DNA of 64,000 bases from Bacillota bacterium (GTDB lineage: Bacteria > Patescibacteriota > Patescibacteriia > Patescibacteriales > UBA12465): assembly GCA_050259635.1 (NCBI GenBank), contig JBLNBA010000004.1:11005-75004 (forward strand), read 5' to 3'. Shown here in pieces: positions 35,578-42,408 of this stretch. Within the stretch, counting starts at the first letter, position 1; every line of letters begins with the position of its first letter. Below the pieces are notes generated by a model that was not told where the DNA came from, did not search any database, and worked only from the letters and a program-made list of their open reading frames with translations. The position numbers and the translations under genes were made by a program.

Positions 35578-35602
35578 TTAAAGACGCCGAATGGCGTTTT
35601 TT
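35578..35602 (+). terminator. Rho-independent terminator after murF
   Basis: ACGCC-gaat-GGCGT followed by TTTTTT. Confidence 0.65.
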
Positions 35603-35641
35603 GCTTGATTTTTCGTCTTGTTGGGTTATACTGAGGTTATT

Positions 35642-36514
35642 ATGCCAATACTAATACTCGGATCCGCCGGTAATCTTGGCGGGCAATTGTTAAAGGTTTT
35701 TGCTAAGAACGATGTTATTGGTTGGGACCGGGATGATGTCGATTTACTAGATTCGAGCGAGCTAAAACGCCGCTTGGATGCTCTGGCTCCGGAGGTAATC
35801 ATTAACGCCGCTGCTTATAACGCCGTTGACCGCTGCGAGAGCGAGGAAATCGAAAAGGATCTCGCCTTCCTTCTAAATAGCAGTCTGCCCGCCTGCTTGG
35901 CTGATTACTGCCTAGCGGCCGGTGCTTTGCTGATACATTATTCCACGGATTATGTATTTGGCGGTGATAGCAGATTCTCACCAGCCTATCAAGAAACTGA
36001 CCGTCCCGATCCGCTTAATACCTATGGTGCCAGTAAAGCGGCCGGGGAACAGGAGGTTGCCCGCCGGGCTCTCCTTGGCCTTAACTATTATTTAATCCGC
36101 ACTTCCAAATTATTTGGTCCGAAAGGAAATAATCCCCTGGCCAAACCTAGCTTTTTTGATATCATGCTCGAAGCTGCGGGAAAGAACACTGAGTTGAAAG
36201 CGGTAGACGCGGAAATGAGCTGTTTTACTTATACGCCTGATTTGGCAGAGGCAACTCATGCCCTGTGGGAAGAAAAAGCGCCGAGGGGCATATATCATCT
36301 AACTAATTCCGGGGCCGCAACGTGGTATCAGGGAGCCCAGGAGCTATTCCGCCTTTCCGGCTCTAGCGTATTGGTGTCTCCAGTGGGACCGGATGAATGG
36401 CCTCGGCCGGCCAAGCGCCCGGCTTTTTCCGTTTTAGCCAATACCAGGCGTAAACCACTTCGTTCCTGGCAGGAAGCCTTAGCCGAATATTTGGAAAATA
36501 GGAATAAATTATAA
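35642..36514 (+). CDS. rfbD: dTDP-4-dehydrorhamnose reductase
   Basis: ILILGSAGNLGGQL (Rossmann), YSTDYVF, YGASKAAGE (YxxxK). The ORF track starts at 35618 (TTG); ATG 35642 is preferred. Confidence 0.85.
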   Translation: MPILILGSAGNLGGQLLKVFAKNDVIGWDRDDVDLLDSSELKRRLDALAPEVIINAAAYNAVDRCESEEIEKDLAFLLNSSLPACLADYCLAAGALLIHYSTDYVFGGDSRFSPAYQETDRPDPLNTYGASKAAGEQEVARRALLGLNYYLIRTSKLFGPKGNNPLAKPSFFDIMLEAAGKNTELKAVDAEMSCFTYTPDLAEATHALWEEKAPRGIYHLTNSGAATWYQGAQELFRLSGSSVLVSPVGPDEWPRPAKRPAFSVLANTRRKPLRSWQEALAEYLENRNKL

Positions 36515-36519
36515 AAAAT

Positions 36520-37245
36520 ATGCGTGGAATCATCCTTTCAGGCGGAAGCGGCACGCGCTTGCGCCCCTTAACTAAGATCACAAGCAAGCAACTTTTACCG
36601 ATTTATAACCGTCCCATGATCTACTATCCTCTAGATACTTTGATCAAGGCCGGGATAAAAGAAATATTGATCATCATTTCGCCGGAGCGTGCGGGAGACT
36701 ATTTGAACCTTCTCGGTAGCGGCCGGCAATTCGGGGTAAAGTTTACCTATGAGATCCAGGATAAGCCGGAGGGACTGGCGCAGGCTTTCCTTATCGGAGA
36801 AAAATTTATAAATGACGAAGACGTGGCCATGATCCTGGGCGACAATATTTTCGAAGATGATTTTAGCGCGGATATCGCGAGTTTTAAAGGCGGCGCAAAA
36901 GTTTTTGCGAAAAAAGTGAGCGATCCTGAGCGGTTTGGAGTAGTAAAATTCAATTCGTCGATGAAGGCGGAAAAGATCGTTGAGAAGCCCAGGGAATATT
37001 TGAGCGATTATGCGGTTACGGGCCTTTACGTTTACGACCATAACGTCGTGCAGATCGCTAAGAACCTCAAGCCTAGCGAACGAGGCGAGCTTGAGATTAC
37101 CGATGTAAATAACTGGTATCTCGAACAGGGGCAGCTTGAAGTCGCGATGGTAAATGGAGAATGGCTGGATGCGGGTACTTTCGATAGCCTTCTTAGGGCT
37201 CAGAACTTTGCCAAGGAGAAGCTTGACGGCCGGATGATCATATAA
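36520..37245 (+). CDS. rfbA: glucose-1-phosphate thymidylyltransferase-like sugar nucleotidyltransferase (short form)
   Basis: MRGIILSGGSGTRLRPLTKITSKQLLPIYNRPMIYYPL and GLAQAF. 241 aa. Confidence 0.75.
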   Translation: MRGIILSGGSGTRLRPLTKITSKQLLPIYNRPMIYYPLDTLIKAGIKEILIIISPERAGDYLNLLGSGRQFGVKFTYEIQDKPEGLAQAFLIGEKFINDEDVAMILGDNIFEDDFSADIASFKGGAKVFAKKVSDPERFGVVKFNSSMKAEKIVEKPREYLSDYAVTGLYVYDHNVVQIAKNLKPSERGELEITDVNNWYLEQGQLEVAMVNGEWLDAGTFDSLLRAQNFAKEKLDGRMII

Positions 37246-37268
37246 AAAAACCGGACATTGATTGTCCG
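37246..37268 (-). terminator. stem-loop terminator oriented for the minus-strand orphan gene
   Basis: AAAAAAA-CCGGACA-ttgat-TGTCCGG. The A-run on the plus strand gives a U-run only on the minus-strand transcript. Confidence 0.6.
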
Positions 37269-37291
37269 GTGCACGGTTGAATAAGGGGGCG

Positions 37292-37591
37292 TCATCCACC
37301 GTGGTATTTTTCCCTCGAAGGGTACTCTTTATCCCTTTCCGTATGGTGAAGGTGGGTTTGTATGGGAATATCGCTTCCCGTCCCATTCTTTCGTGAAAGG
37401 GTGATTAGACATTTCCCGTATTTGTTCTTTTCTTCGATTTTGAAGCGGTAGAACTCATACAAGGGTTTGATTTGAGGATCGCTCGCCATGGTTTTCCTGG
37501 CGTCGCTGATCTCGGTGTACTTCGAAAAGATTTCTTTGATTCTGTTGATGATGATTTCATCCAGTTCAAAGACTGATTCTTTTGTTTGCAT
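37292..37591 (-). CDS. hypothetical 99-aa protein, no recognisable family
   Basis: Isolated minus-strand ORF with its own terminator. K/E-rich with a His-rich C-terminus (THLHHTERDKEYPSREKYHGG). Visibly more AT-rich than its neighbours. Confidence 0.4.
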   Translation of the reverse strand: MQTKESVFELDEIIINRIKEIFSKYTEISDARKTMASDPQIKPLYEFYRFKIEEKNKYGKCLITLSRKNGTGSDIPIQTHLHHTERDKEYPSREKYHGG

Positions 37592-37654
37592 TTAATGTAC
37601 GTGGTTGGTTAGATGTCGCTACTATAAAATCATAAAATCAATTTGTCAAGCCAT

Positions 37655-38605
37655 ATGAAGGTAGCAGTCGCTTTTCTTTGTTATAACGAGAGTTCCTCCC
37701 GTTATCTAGACGATTTCTTGCCCAGCCTAGAGAAGGCTGTGTCTCAGGTGAATTCGCCTGTCTTCATATATGCCGGAGATAACAGTGACGACGGCAGGCA
37801 TGAAAATCAGAAGCATATTGCTAAGTATAACGAAATTGCCCATTTTCCTGTTATCTGGCTGCCCAATGAATACAATTTAGGCTTCGCCGCCGGTTTTAAC
37901 CGCCTTATTTATCAGGCGGAGGCAGATGGTTGCGAAGCTTTTTTGATGCTTAATCCTGATATCTTAGTCGATAGCGGGATGGTCCAACATCTCTTAAGTC
38001 GGCTGGAAGGCAACGAAGAGTTGGCTTGCACTTTTCCCTTATTATATCGGTGGGACTTTGGATCTAAGGAGAAAACATCGGTCATTGATACGTGCGGTAT
38101 CGGGCTGAAGCCGGGTTTGAGGTTTTTCGATATCGGGCAGGGGGGAACTCAATTCCCACAAAATGTCGCGGCGATCGGTCCTTCCGGAGCGGCGGCAATG
38201 TTCCGCTTATCGTCCTTAAATAAGGTCAAAGAAGGGCAGGGGTTTTTTGATGAACGATTTTTCATGTATAAAGAAGATTGCGATTTAGCATATCGCCTTT
38301 ACCAAAAAGGGCTAGAATCCGCCCTTGTTCCGGAAGCGATTGCCTACCATGATCGCAGCGCTACTTCAAAAAGAGGGTTACTCGCGACCTTCACTGATTG
38401 GCGCCAGCGGGGGAGAAGAACACGAACTTGGTCTTTTGTTAACCAACACCTGATTTTTATAAAACATTTCCGCTCGGAGCCAATTTTTTCCCAGCTCCTG
38501 GTATTGGTTTACATCTTATTATATGGTATTTTTTCTTTATTTTTAGCACAATTTTTAATAAAATCCTACCCCTTAATATACCGACACTACCGACATCTTG
38601 ACTAA
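37655..38605 (+). CDS. family 2 glycosyltransferase (GT-A fold) with C-terminal membrane helices
   Basis: VAVAFLCYNES, GDNSDD, NLGFAAGFN, MYKEDCDLAYR (ED motif). The ORF track begins at TTG 37643; ATG 37655 is preferred. Confidence 0.8.
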   Translation: MKVAVAFLCYNESSSRYLDDFLPSLEKAVSQVNSPVFIYAGDNSDDGRHENQKHIAKYNEIAHFPVIWLPNEYNLGFAAGFNRLIYQAEADGCEAFLMLNPDILVDSGMVQHLLSRLEGNEELACTFPLLYRWDFGSKEKTSVIDTCGIGLKPGLRFFDIGQGGTQFPQNVAAIGPSGAAAMFRLSSLNKVKEGQGFFDERFFMYKEDCDLAYRLYQKGLESALVPEAIAYHDRSATSKRGLLATFTDWRQRGRRTRTWSFVNQHLIFIKHFRSEPIFSQLLVLVYILLYGIFSLFLAQFLIKSYPLIYRHYRHLD

Positions 38606-38679
38606 TATAAATTATTATGATAGATTAACTTATATTCGTAAAATCTTAGATATAGCTGAGGCTATATCCTCTTATTAAT

Positions 38680-39720
38680 ATGGATAATCTGCTGGAAACG
38701 ATCGCGCGCGAAAAGCGCCGCGAAGAACTTGCTAAACTTAATGCTATCCAGATCGTGAATTCGCTCTTCAATGACTTAATGGAGCGAGAGCGCGATATTT
38801 TGACTCGCCGTTTCGGTTTGAATGGAGACCGGCAAGAGACTCTTGAGCGCATTGGCCAATTGCATAAGCTGACCCGCGAACGCGTTCGTCAGATCGAAAA
38901 TGCGAGTATCAAGAAGATTAAGCGTTTAGAAAACGTCGGAGATTCTTTATGTATCCTTCGCGATGTGGTTTCCGGGCTCCTTAAAGAGCACGGCGGTCTT
39001 CTCCGTCGCGATTTCCTCCTTGATATCTTGACTGTCATCAGTCTCGAGCTTTCTAATGAATCCGAGGTGGGAAGTGAGGAATATGAAAAGAACAGGCTGG
39101 TTTACCGTAATCGCTACGACTTCCTTCTCTCCAAGTTATTGAATGAAGATTTCGAGCTGCTTGCCGAAAATGAAAAGTTTAACTCTTCCATCAAACTGAA
39201 GGATGAGCCGGTAGAGTATTTCGAGTCTCTCACCGACGACCTGATTGCCAAGGTAGAATCTTCACAGAAGACCTTTACGACCGAAGAAGTGATCGCTCTC
39301 TTGAAGACCCTTGAAAGCTATCAGCGTAATCAGGAGAAAATTGAAGGCGATGGCTCGGATATCACCGAAATCTTCCGCAGCCAGGTTTTTCCTGATAAGG
39401 CGGAAATCATCAACCAGAATAAGACCCTCTATTCACTCATGCAGGCGGTCAAAAATCTTGAACGGAACAAGTTCGGATATTGGGGCAAGGCTGATTGGCA
39501 AGAGATCAAGCCAAAAACTATCAATGATAAAATCTATTTGGTTCTAAAGAATGCCAGCAAGCCTTTGCATTTCACGGAAATCGCCGCCAAGATCAATGAA
39601 ATCCGGTTTGACCATAAAAATGCTAATCCCGCCACCGTTCATAATGAGCTCATCCTGGACGATCGCTATGTCTTGACAGGTCGGGGAATGTACGGCCTTA
39701 AAGAGTGGCAAGATAAGTAA
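38680..39720 (+). CDS. two-ended transcription-type protein: N-terminal sigma-70 region 4 HTH, about 200-aa helical middle, C-terminal HARE-HTH domain
   Basis: N-terminus ERERDILTRRFGLNGDRQETLERIGQLHKLTRERVRQIENASIKKIKRL is sigma70 region 4.2-like. C-terminus KIYLVLKNASKPLHFTEIAAKINE...ATVHNELILDDRYVLTGRGMYGLKEW matches the HARE-HTH pattern of RNAP delta (RpoE). Sigma regions 1-3 are absent. Confidence 0.7.
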   Translation: MDNLLETIAREKRREELAKLNAIQIVNSLFNDLMERERDILTRRFGLNGDRQETLERIGQLHKLTRERVRQIENASIKKIKRLENVGDSLCILRDVVSGLLKEHGGLLRRDFLLDILTVISLELSNESEVGSEEYEKNRLVYRNRYDFLLSKLLNEDFELLAENEKFNSSIKLKDEPVEYFESLTDDLIAKVESSQKTFTTEEVIALLKTLESYQRNQEKIEGDGSDITEIFRSQVFPDKAEIINQNKTLYSLMQAVKNLERNKFGYWGKADWQEIKPKTINDKIYLVLKNASKPLHFTEIAAKINEIRFDHKNANPATVHNELILDDRYVLTGRGMYGLKEWQDK

Positions 39721-39799
39721 AATATTACCTAACATAACATAACCGTTCACCTAAAGGTGGACGGTTTTTGTTTTCCCCGATGTGTGATAAAATATAGTC

Positions 39800-41239
39800 A
39801 TGGAAATTACAATCGACATATCGCGGTTGACGGATTTTTTTAATCTGCCTATCGATCAGATGTTCTGGGTTTTTTTCCTTAATATCGGCTGGATAATCAT
39901 AGCCGCCGTTTTGTTGTACGGGATCCTTATCGTTTATCAAGTCAGGCTTAAGACCAATTGGGGCAAAAATAATTTGAAGTATGTTCTTTTGGCTATAGAT
40001 ATACCTCGTGGCAACGAACAATCCCCGAAAGCTGTAGAAAACATGTTTACCTACCTCGGTGGCGCGCATGGCTCGATTAATTTTTTTGAGGATTGGTTCG
40101 AGGGAAAATTCCAGCAATCATTTAGTTATGAAATCGTAAGTTTGGAGGGGTATACCCAGTTCCTGATACGAACACCGGTTGAATTCCGTAATTTGATCGA
40201 GACTTCAGTATATTCGCAATATCCTGATGCAGAAATTTCCGAAGTGGAAGATTATGTCGATACGGTCCCTCATCGTTTTCCGGACGAGGAATATGATGTC
40301 TGGGGTTCTGAATTCATGCAGGCGAGGGACTGGTCATTCCCGATCAAGATGTATCGGGAGTTCGAGCATGTTTTCGGTCCCAGCGAGACGCAGTTCAAGG
40401 ACCCGATGGCCTCATTAATGGATCTTTGCGGCTCTTTGCGTGAAGGTGAGCAGCTTTGGTTCCAGATCATCGTCATCCCTACCGGCTTTGATTGGGTTGC
40501 TCAGACGGACAAAGCGGTCGATAAGATCTTGGGGAAGAAAAAAATCGTTAAAAGCGGATTTTCCAAATTCGTGGAATGGATGGGCGACGCATCGGAAGCG
40601 ATATTTTCTATCTGGGGCGATATCGAATCGAAAAGCGAGGATGGGAAAGGCGTTTCGGTCGTCGAACTCAATCCCAAGGAAAGGAAGCAGGTGGAAGCTA
40701 TCCAAGCGAAGTCTGGCAAGCTGGCTTTTGAGGCAAAGATCCGTGTCGTTTATGTGGCCCGGAAGGATGTGATGAAGAAGAGCAAGGTGGTAAACGGGCT
40801 TGTCGGATACATCAAGCAGTTTGCGTCGCTTGACCTTAATAACCTGAAACCGGATACCAACACGACGATGACCAAGACTACTTATTTTAATAAGGAGAAA
40901 CGGCTGATCCGGAAGAAGAATGCTATTATGGCGAATTATGTCGCTCGCGACGGAGCGTCTGGGCGTACGCCCGGCTTGTATGATATTGAAGAGCTCGCAA
41001 CCTTGTGGCACTTTCCGATTGAAGCCAACGTCAAATCGCCGATGGTTCAAAAGGCTCCCGGACGCAAAGCTGATGCTCCGGCCGCCCTCCCGGTTGTTAA
41101 CGACTTTATTTCTAATGCTCCGGAGATGTTCACTTCAGAGATCCTGCAGGGCAAGAAGCCGGAGGAAGAGCAGGGGCCCACGGACAATTCCGAAGAGAAA
41201 GAGTCCGATTCAATTCCGGATAATCTGCCATTCGCTTAA
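39800..41239 (+). CDS. hypothetical membrane-anchored protein (479 aa) with acidic disordered tail
   Basis: One N-terminal TM (FWVFFLNIGWIIIAAVLLYGILIV), then LLAIDIPRGNEQSPKAVENMFTYLGG...FSYEIVSLEGYTQFLIRTPVEFRNLIETSVYSQYPDAEI. No Walker A motif. 3-nt gap to the downstream GT4 gene. Confidence 0.6.
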   Translation: MEITIDISRLTDFFNLPIDQMFWVFFLNIGWIIIAAVLLYGILIVYQVRLKTNWGKNNLKYVLLAIDIPRGNEQSPKAVENMFTYLGGAHGSINFFEDWFEGKFQQSFSYEIVSLEGYTQFLIRTPVEFRNLIETSVYSQYPDAEISEVEDYVDTVPHRFPDEEYDVWGSEFMQARDWSFPIKMYREFEHVFGPSETQFKDPMASLMDLCGSLREGEQLWFQIIVIPTGFDWVAQTDKAVDKILGKKKIVKSGFSKFVEWMGDASEAIFSIWGDIESKSEDGKGVSVVELNPKERKQVEAIQAKSGKLAFEAKIRVVYVARKDVMKKSKVVNGLVGYIKQFASLDLNNLKPDTNTTMTKTTYFNKEKRLIRKKNAIMANYVARDGASGRTPGLYDIEELATLWHFPIEANVKSPMVQKAPGRKADAPAALPVVNDFISNAPEMFTSEILQGKKPEEEQGPTDNSEEKESDSIPDNLPFA

Positions 41240-41242
41240 GAT

Positions 41243-42400
41243 ATGGAATCAAAGATCAAAAAAAGAATCGGCATCGATGCACGTTTTTACGGTCCTGTCG
41301 GCAAGGGATTAGGGCGTTATGTGCAAGAAGTCGCCGATCGGGTCATCGCCGGAGGGAAGGACGAATTCGAATTCGTCGTTTTCTTAAGCCAGGATAATTT
41401 CGAAAGTTTTTCTTGTCCGCCGAATGCGGTAAAGAGGCTCGTGCGCCTTCGCTGGTATTCTTGGCGGGAACAAGTTTTTTTTCCACGCCTTATCGCCCGG
41501 GAAAAATTAGATTTAATCCACTTTCCTCATTTTAATGTTCCGCTTTTTACGCCCGTGCCGTTCATTGTCACTATCCATGATTTGATTCTGACTCGTTTTC
41601 CAAGCCGGCGGGCGTCGATGCTTCCTCCGGTTATCTATTGGTTGAAACAGATTGCCTATCGGGTTGTAGTCCGTTCGGCCATACAACGCGCGCGCGAAGT
41701 GATAACGGTATCGGAATTCACCAAGAATGATATTATTGAGAGATTTAAAGCCGATCCGGATAAGATAAGGATCACCTACGAAGGCGTAGCCGATTTATCC
41801 GGGGAGCAAGAAACGGATTCTGCTTCGGTGTTGCTGAAATATGGGATCAGCCGTCCTTTCTTGCTTTATGTCGGGAATGCCTATCCGCATAAAAACCTGG
41901 ATAGGCTGTTAGAAGCCTATTCGGCTCTCAGGAAGAACCGTCCGGAATTTTCCTTGGTGATGGTCGGTAAACATGATTATTTCTATCGCCGGATTATTGA
42001 GCAGGCTGAGACTTTGGGTCTTAATGCGTCCATGCAGGGGAAAGCCGTATTCCCGGGTTTTGTTCCCGATGCGGATTTATCTTCCTTATATAAAGAAGCA
42101 TCTCTATATATTTTCCCCTCATTATACGAGGGTTTTGGTCTTCCTCCCTTGGAAGCGATGTCCCATTCATGTCCGGTGGTGTCATCTGATCAGGGAAGCT
42201 TGCCGGAAATCCTTTCTGACGCGGCCGAATATTTTAATCCATATGAAGCAGGAAATATCGCCGCCGCCATTGAACGCGTCCTGGCAGACAACCGTCGTCA
42301 GCAAGAATTGGTGACTCGCGGCCGGGAGCATATTTCTAAATACAGCTGGCAAGATTGCGCCCGGAAAACATTAGACTCGTATCGCCAAGCGCTTAGGTAA
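41243..42400 (+). CDS. family 4 (GT-B fold) glycosyltransferase
   Basis: C-terminal EGFGLPPLEAMSHSCPVVSSDQGSLPEI (EX7E-type GT4 motif). 385 aa. Confidence 0.85.
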   Translation: MESKIKKRIGIDARFYGPVGKGLGRYVQEVADRVIAGGKDEFEFVVFLSQDNFESFSCPPNAVKRLVRLRWYSWREQVFFPRLIAREKLDLIHFPHFNVPLFTPVPFIVTIHDLILTRFPSRRASMLPPVIYWLKQIAYRVVVRSAIQRAREVITVSEFTKNDIIERFKADPDKIRITYEGVADLSGEQETDSASVLLKYGISRPFLLYVGNAYPHKNLDRLLEAYSALRKNRPEFSLVMVGKHDYFYRRIIEQAETLGLNASMQGKAVFPGFVPDADLSSLYKEASLYIFPSLYEGFGLPPLEAMSHSCPVVSSDQGSLPEILSDAAEYFNPYEAGNIAAAIERVLADNRRQQELVTRGREHISKYSWQDCARKTLDSYRQALR

Positions 42401-42408
42401 GATTATCA

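Noticed and set aside
36631-37386. 251-aa minus-strand ORF across rfbA
   Set aside because: It is antisense to the nucleotidyltransferase with a clear GGSGTRLRPLT motif. It would also run through the terminator hairpin at 37246-37268. I rejected other long antisense ORFs on the same grounds: 6440-6973, 32851-33507, 33826-34380, 40415-41050, 56668-57267 and 60294-60959.
39725-40117. 130-aa minus-strand ORF at the start of the 479-aa membrane-protein gene
   Set aside because: It overlaps the plus-strand gene, which is tightly coupled to the downstream operon and has a coherent TM-plus-globular organisation. The minus ORF has no start context or motif.
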